Shown: positions 29,141 to 39,411, counted from the first letter of the stretch. The stretch is DNA of 64,000 nucleotides from Turneriella sp. (GCA_965279515.1 CBDIID010000003.1:1344001-1408000), one strand, 5' to 3'. Notes: generated from the letters alone by a model not told the origin. A program made the numbers and translations.

Positions 29141-29728
29141 ATGCACGTGAAACGCAAAACACTCATCGGCCTGACAGGGGCAATTCTTCTCGCCTTTAAT
29201 GCCTGTGGCACCAATGCCAGCATCCGTAAGTTCGACGAGACCAAAATCTCCGGCGAAATAACGCGCTCTGACAAAGACTTCGTCTATGTTAAGAAATTCA
29301 ACAGAGAAACCAAAGTGCCGCGCACGGAAATCGCTGACATTTCACATCCCGGCAAGGCCTTGATGTGGGTAGGTAGCGGTGTGTTCCTTGCCGGAGCGGG
29401 AACCGTGATTCTGGGCGCGGTGGTTGATGGTAAACAGGTCACCGCATATTCGTACGGTCCAACCGGTAGCTCTTCTTCGACGAGCACTGCGAGTGGAACC
29501 GGCTTTTATATTGCCGGTGGTATAACCGCCGGATTGGGACTCCTCTTTTTTTGGACAGGCTACAGCAATTACAGTACCTCAAAAGATAACTTAGAACCGG
29601 GCACTCTGGCATTCCTGTCACCGGGCGCAGGGATGTTCCTTGGATACGAAACCGTCATACGCCCTGCCGCAACTCTGTACGGCAATGGTGAACCTGTGCA
29701 CCAACTTAAGATGAGCTGGCGTTTCTAA
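29141..29728 (+). CDS. Hypothetical lipoprotein, paralog 1
   Basis: Lipobox FNAC, two Gly-rich hydrophobic segments. Confidence 0.75.
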   Translation: MHVKRKTLIGLTGAILLAFNACGTNASIRKFDETKISGEITRSDKDFVYVKKFNRETKVPRTEIADISHPGKALMWVGSGVFLAGAGTVILGAVVDGKQVTAYSYGPTGSSSSTSTASGTGFYIAGGITAGLGLLFFWTGYSNYSTSKDNLEPGTLAFLSPGAGMFLGYETVIRPAATLYGNGEPVHQLKMSWRF

Positions 29729-29739
29729 GGATTCATAGT

Positions 29740-30327
29740 ATGTGGAGAAAAATTTCATTCACCGTGACTTTGACAGCCGCGTTATCTATGGTAGTTAACG
29801 CCTGTAGTACAAACGCAAAGATTCTCAAGATGAATAGCACCAGTATCTCCGGGAAAATTGTCCGTTCAGATGCAGAATCTGTCTATATCAAGGGTTATGG
29901 CGCTGAAATACGCATCCCACGAACCGAAATCCTCGATATTTCCCATCCGGGTAAGGGCCTCATGTGGGTTGGGGGCAGTTTTTTCGCCGCCGGAACTGCT
30001 GTTATCATCTTCAGTGCAGCTACCGATGGCAAAACCTATACGAGCTACACTTACAGCAGCAACGGCAGTACGAGTTCATCGTCAAGCAAGACCGACAACA
30101 CGGGGTTCTATGTATCTGGTGGCATCGCGGCCGGACTCGGCCTCGCATTATTCCTCTTCGGCTATAACAATTACAGCACTTCAAAGGAAAACTTAGAATC
30201 AGGCGGTCTGTCGCTCGGATTCCCGGCGGGCATGAACCTCGGATATGAAACCATCACCCGACCCGCTGCAATTCCCGGAGCTGCAACCGAATCTGTACAC
30301 CAGGTAAAGATCACTCTGCGACTTTAG
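29740..30327 (+). CDS. Hypothetical lipoprotein, paralog 2
   Basis: Lipobox VNAC; same length (195 aa); shares ISHPGK.LMWVG, TGFY, NYSTSK.NLE and LGYET..RPAA with paralog 1. Confidence 0.75.
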   Translation: MWRKISFTVTLTAALSMVVNACSTNAKILKMNSTSISGKIVRSDAESVYIKGYGAEIRIPRTEILDISHPGKGLMWVGGSFFAAGTAVIIFSAATDGKTYTSYTYSSNGSTSSSSSKTDNTGFYVSGGIAAGLGLALFLFGYNNYSTSKENLESGGLSLGFPAGMNLGYETITRPAAIPGAATESVHQVKITLRL

Positions 30328-31066
30328 CGGTGCCGCAAACCGGACAATCAGGATTTCTTCCGCGACGGAATGTACGCATGTTTTGCGTCAAGCCGTCATA
30401 GATAAGACTCTTATTGTTCAGAACCTCACCGGCACCGGTAATAATTTTGATCGCCTCCAGCGCCTGCATCGCGCCCATGATGCCAGGCAAAACCCCGATG
30501 ACGCCGGCTTCGGAACAATTCTGGATCGCTTCTGAAGAAGTGGGATACAGACAGCGGTAACAACCCGCATCGAGCCGCGAATCGAAAACAGTGAGAAAGC
30601 CTTCAAAACGGTAGAGGCTCGCAAAGACATTCGGCTTCTGGTACTCCACACAAAAAGCATTGATCGCATAACGCGCGGCAAAGTTATCTGTGCAATCGAG
30701 AACAAGGTCGAATGAGCCGGCGATATCGATCGCCTTCTCCATGGAAAATTTCTCTCCAAAGGTTTCGATCTTAAGATGCGGATTGACCTGGTGCAGTCGC
30801 GGCGCGGCGACGCGCACCTTGGCTTCGCCGATGTCGGCGTCTCCGTAGAGAATCTGGCGGTGGAGATTCGAAAGCTGCACGACATCGTGATCGACAAGCC
30901 CCAACGTTCCGACGCCTGCTCCCGCAAGATAGAGCGCTGCCGGGCAACCGAGGCCGCCCAAGCCGACGATGAGTACACGCGCTTTTTCGAGCTTTTCCTG
31001 CCCCGGCTTGCCGACCTGCGGCAACACGAGCTGGCGTGAATAACGGTTGAGTTCTCCAGGTGTCAT
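30311..31066 (-). CDS. moeB: Molybdopterin synthase adenylyltransferase
   Basis: RYSRQ, GLGGLG, SNLHRQ, DCTDNF, CYRC, CPVC. Confidence 0.93.
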   Translation of the reverse strand: MTPGELNRYSRQLVLPQVGKPGQEKLEKARVLIVGLGGLGCPAALYLAGAGVGTLGLVDHDVVQLSNLHRQILYGDADIGEAKVRVAAPRLHQVNPHLKIETFGEKFSMEKAIDIAGSFDLVLDCTDNFAARYAINAFCVEYQKPNVFASLYRFEGFLTVFDSRLDAGCYRCLYPTSSEAIQNCSEAGVIGVLPGIMGAMQALEAIKIITGAGEVLNNKSLIYDGLTQNMRTFRRGRNPDCPVCGTAKVAE

Positions 31067-31602
31067 GGGGTATTCCGACTGCTGAGCCTATGCGGTTCAA
31101 CCGCCCTAAGCGCAGTCACGGGCATTTCATGGAGCAGATGTTGCAATCCCAACGATCGGTTGCCGAGCTGCTCTTGCATCTCGGTTAGCGCTGCGGCTGT
31201 GTAATAGGTGCAGAGCGGCTCAAAGACATCGCCAATTTTGTACGCGCGAATGTTTCCTTTGGCTTCGATCAGCGGATGGATGTCGGCGGCTGAAACAGAG
31301 GTCATGTCGCAGGCGAGGATCAGGATATCCGATGCGGGAAATTTAACGTGCACTGAAAGCAATCCGCCTAAGGGCCCCCGATTTAAAAAAGTATCGGTAA
31401 CAAATTCAGCGCCACGGATAGCCGTTGCATATGCCGGTAGCTGCTTTTCAGTGATGGAATAGACAACGCACGGGCATACGCTCTTGAGTAAATCAGCTGC
31501 ACGTTCCGCCCAGGTTTTTCCGCCATTACCCAGGAGTCCTTTATCGGAACCCATGCGCGAACTTTCACCGCCGCAGAGCACCACGCCCAGGATCTCAGGC
31601 AT
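31063..31602 (-). CDS. mobA: Molybdenum cofactor guanylyltransferase
   Basis: LCGGESSRMGSDK, GPLGG, ACDM, EPL. Confidence 0.92.
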   Translation of the reverse strand: MPEILGVVLCGGESSRMGSDKGLLGNGGKTWAERAADLLKSVCPCVVYSITEKQLPAYATAIRGAEFVTDTFLNRGPLGGLLSVHVKFPASDILILACDMTSVSAADIHPLIEAKGNIRAYKIGDVFEPLCTYYTAAALTEMQEQLGNRSLGLQHLLHEMPVTALRAVEPHRLSSRNTP

Positions 31603-32074
31603 GGTGGTCTGCAGGAGTATGAACATGCCCGGCGTCGTTGGTTTGCTGCGCATCTCCTTCACAGTTCTCGCCCCAGATGCTCGTGCCGTCGGCGAAAAAT
31701 TCCTTTTTCCAGATCGGCGTCTCGGCCTTCACACGGTTGATGATGTACTGGTTTGCCGCATAGGTTTCAGTGCGGTGCCGGCCGGCAGTCACGACAACCA
31801 CTGCGCTCTCTGAAACACCGAGCATGCCCAAACGGTGTACGCACAAGGCACCGATAAGGGGGAATTCCCCGGCGGCGGCGCGCACGACTTCGAGCATATG
31901 TTTTTCGGCGAGCGGTTTGTGCGCGGTGTATTCGAGCTGCTTCACCTCTTTGCCGTGGCTGAGTCCACGAATCTCACCGCTGAAGATAACACGGGCGCCT
32001 ATGTGGGGATGGTTGAACGAGCGCAAAAGTGTATCGAGAACGATGGGTTCATCCGTAAGCTTTGCAAAAAACAT
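31595..32074 (-). CDS. moaE: Molybdopterin synthase catalytic subunit
   Basis: GARVIFSGEIR, HRLG, HR, PIWKKE. Confidence 0.94.
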   Translation of the reverse strand: MFFAKLTDEPIVLDTLLRSFNHPHIGARVIFSGEIRGLSHGKEVKQLEYTAHKPLAEKHMLEVVRAAAGEFPLIGALCVHRLGMLGVSESAVVVVTAGRHRTETYAANQYIINRVKAETPIWKKEFFADGTSIWGENCEGDAQQTNDAGHVHTPADHHA

Positions 32075-32320
32075 CTAACCCCCGCTCGATGGCGGCAGAA
32101 TATAATATTTGGCTGCATCGGCGAGCGGCTGCTCTGCCGCAAGAAAGGCGTCTTCACCCGCCACCCGCGAAACTTTGAGCCAGTCGGCGGCCAGCGCATT
32201 CTTTTTTTCGAGTATACTGAGCAGTGATCCCGCGGTTGAAGAGACCGGCACTTCCAAAGAAACAGCCTCGCTGAAAAAATCTTTTAACTGCGCATAAAAA
32301 TGCACTTCCACTGTTATCAT
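32075..32320 (-). CDS. moaD: Molybdopterin synthase sulfur carrier
   Basis: 81 aa ending LPPSSGG. Confidence 0.9.
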   Translation of the reverse strand: MITVEVHFYAQLKDFFSEAVSLEVPVSSTAGSLLSILEKKNALAADWLKVSRVAGEDAFLAAEQPLADAAKYYILPPSSGG

Positions 32321-33225
32321 CCGCCGATATCCCGCATCACGAGCGCGCTGCCGGTGAATTTTTCCGCTTGTTTGAGTTCCATGGCTTTTTTCAGCACAGC
32401 TGTCATATCCGTGCCACCGGCAAGAGAAAATCCCCTGGGGTTACTCAGGCAGCCATAGACCACACCATGGCTATCCAGCCGCAACCGGTCACAGTCCGAG
32501 CAGAAAGGCAGCGAGGTATTGCCGATAATGCCGAATCGGTAACTGTCGGAAAGTTCATAATAATGCGCGGTTGCATGCGGTGCACGGGGCAGCGCATGGA
32601 ACTCGAAGGCGCTGCCGATGATCGACAAGATCTCTTCGGCCATGACAACGCGCGCTGAACGCTCGCCGTACAGATGCCCCATTGCCATGAGTTCGAGAAA
32701 GCGTATGGGGATATTTTTTCCTTTCGCCCAACCCAGTAGCGGCAGAATCTGGGAATCATTCATCTCTGCGACGAGTGTGGTATTGATTTTAACTTCGAGT
32801 CCTGCGTCGACTGCCGCGTCGATGCCGGCAAATACCGCAGCGGGATTTCGGCCCCCCATCTGTCGAAAAACGGTTTCATCGAGGGCGTCCAGCGAGATAT
32901 TCACTGACTGAAGCCCTGCAGCGCGGAGCGGCGGCGCAAGTCGCGCCAGGGCAAAGCCATTGGTCGTCAGGGCAATTTTCGGAATGCCCAGATTTTTGAT
33001 GCCCTTAACGAGCCGCACAAGCTCGCGGTAGAGCGTCGGCTCGCCGCCGGTCAGCCTGATTTCATTTAGCGGATTCACTTCGTGAATCGCCCGCACCCAA
33101 TCCAGAAAATTTTGCACACCGGTCTGCGCCTGCAACAGACTAGGCGCGCCGTCGTGTACGCAATACACGCAGGCAAAATTGCACGAGCCGGTCAGGCTGA
33201 GCCTCAGTTTGCGGAAGCGTCTCAT
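32317..33225 (-). CDS. moaA: GTP 3',8-cyclase (radical SAM)
   Basis: CNFACVYC, TGGEP, CSDCDRLRL..GCL, C-terminal IGG. Confidence 0.94.
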   Translation of the reverse strand: MRRFRKLRLSLTGSCNFACVYCVHDGAPSLLQAQTGVQNFLDWVRAIHEVNPLNEIRLTGGEPTLYRELVRLVKGIKNLGIPKIALTTNGFALARLAPPLRAAGLQSVNISLDALDETVFRQMGGRNPAAVFAGIDAAVDAGLEVKINTTLVAEMNDSQILPLLGWAKGKNIPIRFLELMAMGHLYGERSARVVMAEEILSIIGSAFEFHALPRAPHATAHYYELSDSYRFGIIGNTSLPFCSDCDRLRLDSHGVVYGCLSNPRGFSLAGGTDMTAVLKKAMELKQAEKFTGSALVMRDIGG

Positions 33226-34415
33226 CTCCACGGCAGAAACTCCACAATTTCACCGCGCGTAAGTGTCTTTTTGTTCGCAGAATGTACCGCCAAACCGTCT
33301 GACCCCAACCCCGCGCGTATGTCGCCGCTGCCATTGAAAGTGACGGCTTCAAGCTCCGAAGGAGAATCTGCCCGGTTCGCGATGCGCACCGGAAAAAAAT
33401 GCTGCAGCGAATCTTTCTTCTGCCGTTCTTTTGCGAGCGGCAATGCCATGCGCAGCCCAGCAGCCATGCCAAAGCATTGCCTCAGATAGGGCTCGATATA
33501 GACCTTGAAGACGATCTGGCTCGACCACGGATTTCCCGGAATCGCAAAGACGCGCGTCTTGCCCCGTGTACCAAACCACAGTGGTTTTCCCGGCTTCATT
33601 GCCGTCTTATGAAATATTTCCTTAACCTTAAGCTTTGCCAAAATCTCCGGCACATAATCAGAATCACCCGCCGAGACCCCGCCCGTCAGTAAGACAATAT
33701 CGGCCGTGAGCGCCGAGCGCAGCGCCATTGTCAGGCGCATCTTGTCGTCGGCGACGTGCTTTGCGGTAATGTTGATAATGCCATAAGGCGCGAGCATCGC
33801 CTTAAGGGCGTAGGCATTCGAATTGCGTATCTGCTCAGGTTTCGGCTTGCGGTTTAAAGGAATAATTTCATTGCCGGTTGTGAGGATGACCACGCGCGGC
33901 AATTTTTGCACGTCCGGGCGGGCGATACCCAGCGATGCCAAAGCCGTCGCCACACTGTGATCGATAATATTTCCCGCGGTGGCGACTGTTGTTCCGCGTT
34001 TCAGATCTTCACCCATGGGCGAGATATTGTGCCAGCGCGAAACATTCGCCGCGGCAAAGCTGACGAGACCATTTTTGTCTTCACTATCTTCCCTGCGGAT
34101 GACTGCGTCAAACCCTTGCGGCACCGCGGCACCGGTCATAATCTTCACCGCAGAGCCCGCGGGATAAGGCTTTTTTTGAATCTTATCACCCGCAAACACC
34201 GTCCCTTTCACCGCGTACTCCTTTTCCGATGAGAATCCGGCGGAATGAACAGCATAGCCGTCCATCGCCGAGCGGTTAAAGGGCGGATAATCCCGGTCAG
34301 CGCGGACATCTTCCGCGGCGACGCGGCCAAAACTCTTTTCGAGCATAATCTTTTCTGTACCGAAGCTTTGCGCTTCAGCAAGAATGAGTTTCAGAGCCGC
34401 GTCGACGGATATCAA
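33222..34415 (-). CDS. moeA: Molybdopterin molybdotransferase
   Basis: SAMDGYA, IMTGA, TGNE, TGGVSAGD, KPGKP, PGNP. Confidence 0.95.
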   Translation of the reverse strand: MISVDAALKLILAEAQSFGTEKIMLEKSFGRVAAEDVRADRDYPPFNRSAMDGYAVHSAGFSSEKEYAVKGTVFAGDKIQKKPYPAGSAVKIMTGAAVPQGFDAVIRREDSEDKNGLVSFAAANVSRWHNISPMGEDLKRGTTVATAGNIIDHSVATALASLGIARPDVQKLPRVVILTTGNEIIPLNRKPKPEQIRNSNAYALKAMLAPYGIINITAKHVADDKMRLTMALRSALTADIVLLTGGVSAGDSDYVPEILAKLKVKEIFHKTAMKPGKPLWFGTRGKTRVFAIPGNPWSSQIVFKVYIEPYLRQCFGMAAGLRMALPLAKERQKKDSLQHFFPVRIANRADSPSELEAVTFNGSGDIRAGLGSDGLAVHSANKKTLTRGEIVEFLPWR

Positions 34416-35329
34416 TGCCCGCCACCCCGCAGCATCTTGTTCGCATGAAAGAGCGCCGGCAGCACCGCATCCAGGCTTTCTTTTGCGCCAGCCGAACTTC
34501 CCGGCAGGCAGATGACGAGAGTTTGACCGATTGAACCTGCGAGCGAGCGGGAAAACATCGCGAGCGGTGTACGCTCGTTGCCATACTGGCGCATCTTTTC
34601 GCCGATGCCGTCGGCAATTTTTTCGAGCAACGGCGTCACGGCTTCGATGGCCTGGTCGCGGGGCGAGAGGCCCGTGCCGCCGGTGGTGAAGATAAACTGC
34701 ACACCGGCCTCGACCCAGGTCTTGATCTGTGAACGGATTTCGGCTACGTCGTCGGGGATAATTTTGTATTCTGCGATTTTAACTTCGAGCTTTTCGAGCT
34801 CCGCCTGGATGATTTTACCCGACGCGTCTTCGCGCTTGCCCTGCGACGCCGAATCGGAACAGACGAGGATGGCAGCCGTGTGCCCCACGCCCGAATTCTT
34901 TTTGCGGTCAGCCTTACCGCCGGTTTTTTCGAGCAATTTTACGCCGCCGATTTCGAGATCTTTGTCGACGGGTTTTAAAAGATCATAGATCGTCAGCGCC
35001 GCCACAGTCGCCGCCGTGATCGCCTCGATTTCGATACCGGTTTTGTAGATCGTCTTTGCGAACACCTGCACAAGCACCTGACCACGTTCACCTTCTTTCT
35101 TTAGATCGAAGGTGATGTCGAGATGTTCGATCGGTATAGGATGGCAGTGGGGTATGAGCGACGGCGTCGCCTTGGCACCCAAAAGCCCCGCCGCGCGCGC
35201 GACGTCAAAGAGGTTGCCCTTAGGCAGTTTATTCTCGCGGATCAGTTCGATCGTAGCTGCACCGCAGTGCACCGCAGCCATCGCTGTCGCGGTTCTCAGG
35301 CTAAAGTTTTTCGCCGTAATATCGGTCAT
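34412..35329 (-). CDS. moaCB: Bifunctional MoaC / MoaB(MogA)
   Basis: LIPHCHP, TGIEIEA, KTGGK, then SD, TTGGTGLSPRD, LPGS. Confidence 0.93.
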   Translation of the reverse strand: MTDITAKNFSLRTATAMAAVHCGAATIELIRENKLPKGNLFDVARAAGLLGAKATPSLIPHCHPIPIEHLDITFDLKKEGERGQVLVQVFAKTIYKTGIEIEAITAATVAALTIYDLLKPVDKDLEIGGVKLLEKTGGKADRKKNSGVGHTAAILVCSDSASQGKREDASGKIIQAELEKLEVKIAEYKIIPDDVAEIRSQIKTWVEAGVQFIFTTGGTGLSPRDQAIEAVTPLLEKIADGIGEKMRQYGNERTPLAMFSRSLAGSIGQTLVICLPGSSAGAKESLDAVLPALFHANKMLRGGGH

Positions 35330-35374
35330 CTTTACCGCATGCAGATAGATCAAAGTCAGAGGGAAAAGCAATAT

Positions 35375-37639
35375 CTACGAAGCCTTCTCGACCCTTACCG
35401 CTGCTTGCTTGTAGTTGGGCTCGCGCGAGATCGGGTCGAATGCATTCAGCGTCAGATTATTCGCATTCGTCTTAAACCAGTGGAAGGGAATAAAAATCTG
35501 TCCTTCGCCGATGATTTCTGTGATGCGCAGCGTAATCTTCTCCACACTGCCGCGCCGCGAAATGACGCGCACCGCTTCTCCCTGTTTCAGGCCGAGTTTT
35601 TCGGCATCAGCCGGGTTCATCTCTACCCATGCCTCAGGCGAGAGTTTTTGCAGAATCTCAACATTTGCGGTTTTTGTCATGGTATGCCAGTGCTCTACAG
35701 TGCGGCCGGTATTCAGCACAAACGGGTACTCCTCATTGGGTTTCTCGGGCATATCTTTGTTCTCTACGGCAAAAAATTTCGCGCGGCCGTCTTCGTGCTG
35801 GTAAATTCCGTCGGCATAGAGGCGCCGGGGATTCAGCGCAGTGGCCGGATCATCGCTTTCTCTAAACGGCCATTGCACTCCGCCGACTTTATCCAAAAGA
35901 TCATACGTGATGCCGGAATAATCGCATAGCCTGCCTTTCGACACCTGCTTCCACTCATTGAAGGCGTCCCCGACATTGCGCCAGCCGGGATAAATCTTTT
36001 CGACAACGCCCAGCTTGCGCGACACTTCGAGAAAAATATCAAAGTCCGACATCGCCTCGCCAGGGGCATTGATCGCTTTGTTCGCCTTACTCACGCGCCG
36101 TTCAGAATTAGTATATGTACCTTCTTTCTCTCCCCAGACCGAGGCAGGCAGCACGAGGTCAGCGAGCTCTGTCGTTGGAGTCGGATGGAAAGCATCCTGC
36201 ACGACAAAAAAGTCGAGGCGGCCCAATGCATCTTTGAGGAACTCTTGATTCGGAAACGAAACAAGGGGATTCGTGGCAATCACCCACAGCGCTTTGATCT
36301 CGCCCTGCATGATCGCTTCGATAATGTCGGGGTAGGCATAGCCGCGCTTGTCTGGAATTTCGGCGGCATCGACATGCCAGAGCCGCGCCATGTCTTCGCG
36401 GTCAGCGGCGCTTTCATATTTTCTGTAGCCTGGCAATGACCCTGTGCACGAAGTCTCGCGCGTGCCCATGGCATTACACTGCCCGGTAATCGAAAACGAA
36501 GACGCACCGGCTCGGCCGATATTTTGCGTCATGAGGCAGAGGTTATTGATCGCGTTCACTGTCTCGGTGCCCTGATCGGAGTGATTCACCCCCATGCTCC
36601 AGCCGACGAAGAGCGCCTTGGCCTGCGCGATGACCGAAGCGGCTTTCAGAATCTGCGCAAGCGGTAATCCGGTCGTGATAGCGACAGTTTCAGGCGTGTA
36701 CGATTCAAGCGAGCGCACAAAATCCTCAAAACCTGTGGTGTGTGCATCGATATAATCTTTCTTATAGGCGCCGTTCTTAATCAAGAGGTGCATGATGCCG
36801 TTGAGCAGTGCGACATCGCTGCGCGGTTTTAACGGCAGGTATGTGTCAGCCATCTGTGCGGTTTTGGTTGCGCGCGGGTCGGCGACGATCAGGTGTTTGT
36901 TAGGGTTCTCATTCGCCGCAAGCCAGCAGGTCAGAATCGGGTGGTTGTCAGCGATGTTCGCGCCGATGAGAAAAATACAATCCGCGAGCGCCATGTCTTC
37001 GTAGGCACCGGGAGGGCCATCGGAACCGAACGAGCGCTTGTAACCCGAAACGGCGGATGCCATACACAGCGTGGTGTTGCCGTCGTAGTTGCGGGTTTTA
37101 AATCCCAATTGCACCAGCTTGCCGAGCGTGTAAAATTCTTCCGTGACGAGTTGCCCGGTGCTGATGACACCGAGCGCATTATTACCGTATTTTCCCTGTA
37201 CCGCACGGAATTGCTGCACCATGACGTTGAGGGCCTCATTCCATGATACGCGGGAAAAACGGTCGGTTCGGCTCCGCTCACCGACCTTAGATCGGTTGCT
37301 GGGCGGAGCCGAAGCACCGCTCTTCAGCAGCGGGTAGCGCGCACGGTTCTCGGCGTTCAGGAAATGATGCTCGGCCAAACCCTTGGGGCAGAGTTTGCCG
37401 TAGTTCACGGGATGCCCAGGGTCGCCCTTGACGCTCACCGCTTTGCCGTCACGCACGCCAATATACATGCCGCAGCCCACAGAGCAATAACCGCAGGTCG
37501 TGCGCACCCATTTATCGGCGGTCTTCTCTTTCGCGATAACGCCCCACTCTTCAGTGTTGGCATACGAATATTTTTCCGGCGAATGGTCGAGACCGATGAT
37601 GGCTGGCAGCTTGGCAAAGGGCGACTTAATGGTTTGCAC
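35375..37639 (-). CDS. Molybdopterin nitrate reductase catalytic subunit (Nas/NarB-like, no Tat signal)
   Basis: TCGYCSVGC..LCPKG 4Fe-4S motif, NTTLCMASA Mo-Cys, GQCNAMG, TNSERR, HWHTMTKT; context of narK, nirA and Moco genes. Confidence 0.9.
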   Translation of the reverse strand: MQTIKSPFAKLPAIIGLDHSPEKYSYANTEEWGVIAKEKTADKWVRTTCGYCSVGCGMYIGVRDGKAVSVKGDPGHPVNYGKLCPKGLAEHHFLNAENRARYPLLKSGASAPPSNRSKVGERSRTDRFSRVSWNEALNVMVQQFRAVQGKYGNNALGVISTGQLVTEEFYTLGKLVQLGFKTRNYDGNTTLCMASAVSGYKRSFGSDGPPGAYEDMALADCIFLIGANIADNHPILTCWLAANENPNKHLIVADPRATKTAQMADTYLPLKPRSDVALLNGIMHLLIKNGAYKKDYIDAHTTGFEDFVRSLESYTPETVAITTGLPLAQILKAASVIAQAKALFVGWSMGVNHSDQGTETVNAINNLCLMTQNIGRAGASSFSITGQCNAMGTRETSCTGSLPGYRKYESAADREDMARLWHVDAAEIPDKRGYAYPDIIEAIMQGEIKALWVIATNPLVSFPNQEFLKDALGRLDFFVVQDAFHPTPTTELADLVLPASVWGEKEGTYTNSERRVSKANKAINAPGEAMSDFDIFLEVSRKLGVVEKIYPGWRNVGDAFNEWKQVSKGRLCDYSGITYDLLDKVGGVQWPFRESDDPATALNPRRLYADGIYQHEDGRAKFFAVENKDMPEKPNEEYPFVLNTGRTVEHWHTMTKTANVEILQKLSPEAWVEMNPADAEKLGLKQGEAVRVISRRGSVEKITLRITEIIGEGQIFIPFHWFKTNANNLTLNAFDPISREPNYKQAAVRVEKAS
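37261..37318. repeat. REP-like doublet inserted in frame in the nitrate reductase
   Basis: TTCGGCTCCGCTCA ... TGGGCGGAGCCGAA inverted pair (1 mismatch); encodes GASAPPSNRSKVGERSRTD. Confidence 0.8.
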
Positions 37640-39290
37640 GGAAAAATCCTCCTGCCATATTCTTGGGCACTACCGTCACGAAGAACAGGTAGCGGCCGGC
37701 GAATTCCGAAAATAATAACAGTAAACAAGTCAATCCACCTAGAAGGGTGTGCTGGGCAGGCGAAATTGCATTACCCAAACGGGTGAGCACCAGCGGAATC
37801 AGAATACCGCCAGTAAATAACGCGGCGAGCCGCAAAAAGAACAACTTACGGAAATTAACCGTGAGCAAAGTTGCGGTTCCCCGTAGTTCATGGTGTTGCT
37901 CATTCGTCATGTGTAAGAAATGCCGCGCCAAAATGACAACCTGCACCGCCGAAGCGGCGAGCGTCAAAAGATAGAGCGGCAACGACGGCACGCCCGCCAA
38001 ATGCATTAACCAGCCGACGACCGCCGAGCCCAATATGAAACCCGTCGCGAGAAAGCGGTAGGCCGTGACCTTTGTGTGCCACGAAGGCCGCGCCGGAACC
38101 ATGTAGATAAAGGCACTCGAAAACACAGCGGCAATGCCCGAGAGAGCCACGACGCCACCCAACACCAGGCGCTCAAAACCTTTTACGGGTATCAATCCCA
38201 GTGCGTCGGCGACAAAGAGCGAGGCATAGGCGCCGGCAGCGAAAGAAAACCACGAGAACAGCAAAATCTCGCGCGAGAGCCATGAGCTCTTGAGATTTCT
38301 GAGCGCCTTCCACGCCATGATCGGGCGGCCGAGGTGGAGTACCGCCGTACCGAGCGACAATGCTGCCGCCGCAAACATACCCACCGCCATCGGCATGAGC
38401 GCCGTCTTCGGCACAGTAAAGAAATGAAACACCTGTGATAAAAGATCAGTGAGCCACAAAGAAATAAATCCTCCGACCGAAAGTTGCGTCAGGCAAAGAA
38501 AGAAGACCAGCGAGGCATGCGCATGTTCGGGCTGTACGTTGTAATCAGATACCGCGATGCCTTTTTCACGCACGCCCTCGGGTAAGGTGATGCGCGTCGT
38601 TGAAATCGTTTGGTTCGCATCGGGCATACCCGGCGCATCGGCAAGCTTATGGTCGCTTCGCCAAACATCCTTATGAATAATTTCGATTTGGATTGCACCT
38701 TCGGGGCAGGCATCGGCGCAGGCAGGAACCTGCCCCTCAGCTAAGCGGCGCGAGCACATGTCGCACTTGGTGACGACGTGGCGCTCGCTGTTATACTGCG
38801 GCACACCGTAGGGGCAGTTCCAGACGCAGTACTGGCAACCGATGCAGCTATCGGCATTGTGGATTACAAGCCCTGTCTTCTCATCTTTAGTATAGGCCTT
38901 TGTCGGGCACCCGGTCATGCAGCTCGGGTCGAGGCAGTGATTGCAGCCCATCGAAAGATAGAGGCGCTTGGTGTCGGGAAATTTGCCCGCCTCGATTTCA
39001 CCCACACGCCGCCACGTGACATCCGCAGGATTATTGTTTTGTTCGTTGCAAGCGACGACGCAGCACTCGCAGCCAATGCATTTTGTTGCGTCAAAATGGA
39101 AACGGTACTGCTCGCCCTCTTCTAACGGGCGATCGGGAATAAGTTTTGTTTTGATAAAATTCTTCGCAGCATGCGCCGGCGAAGTTTTCGGAATTTCATA
39201 ATCGGGTACGGGCGGCGTGTAGTAGCCTGAAAGGTCAACGCGTTCGGTCAGTGGTAATTTTACCATGTCAAGAAGCGTGTGATCGGCCAT
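37626..39290 (-). CDS. Fused DmsB-like 4x[4Fe-4S] protein and DmsC/YnfH membrane anchor (start may be 39266)
   Basis: CIGCECCVVAC, CNHCLDPSCMTGCP, CIGCQYCVWNCP, CDMC..PACADACP; HLGRP, SWLSRE, multiple TM helices. Confidence 0.92.
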   Translation of the reverse strand: MADHTLLDMVKLPLTERVDLSGYYTPPVPDYEIPKTSPAHAAKNFIKTKLIPDRPLEEGEQYRFHFDATKCIGCECCVVACNEQNNNPADVTWRRVGEIEAGKFPDTKRLYLSMGCNHCLDPSCMTGCPTKAYTKDEKTGLVIHNADSCIGCQYCVWNCPYGVPQYNSERHVVTKCDMCSRRLAEGQVPACADACPEGAIQIEIIHKDVWRSDHKLADAPGMPDANQTISTTRITLPEGVREKGIAVSDYNVQPEHAHASLVFFLCLTQLSVGGFISLWLTDLLSQVFHFFTVPKTALMPMAVGMFAAAALSLGTAVLHLGRPIMAWKALRNLKSSWLSREILLFSWFSFAAGAYASLFVADALGLIPVKGFERLVLGGVVALSGIAAVFSSAFIYMVPARPSWHTKVTAYRFLATGFILGSAVVGWLMHLAGVPSLPLYLLTLAASAVQVVILARHFLHMTNEQHHELRGTATLLTVNFRKLFFLRLAALFTGGILIPLVLTRLGNAISPAQHTLLGGLTCLLLLFSEFAGRYLFFVTVVPKNMAGGFFRANH

Positions 39291-39302
39291 GATCGAAAAA
39301 GA

Positions 39303-39317
39303 GCAAAGCACATGCCA
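39303..39317 (-). promoter_or_regulatory. Sigma54 -24/-12 promoter
   Basis: TGGCAT-GTGCT-TTGC versus consensus TGGCAC-N5-TTGC. Confidence 0.75.
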
Positions 39318-39381
39318 TAGTTTATAAAAAGTTTTGTGCTTAAAATTTATTTCAAAAAAAAATTCATCGCCCGCGCGTTTC

Positions 39382-39397
39382 CTTGACGTAAGTCAAG
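39382..39397. promoter_or_regulatory. Palindromic site between the divergent promoters
   Basis: CTTGAC-GTAA-GTCAAG, FNR/CRP-like spacing. Confidence 0.5.
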
Positions 39398-39411
39398 AAA
39401 ACCTATTATTC

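Noticed and set aside
35375..39290. Periplasmic DMSO reductase or Nap
   Set aside because: No Tat motif, Cys Mo ligand, no napBCD, and an assimilatory gene context
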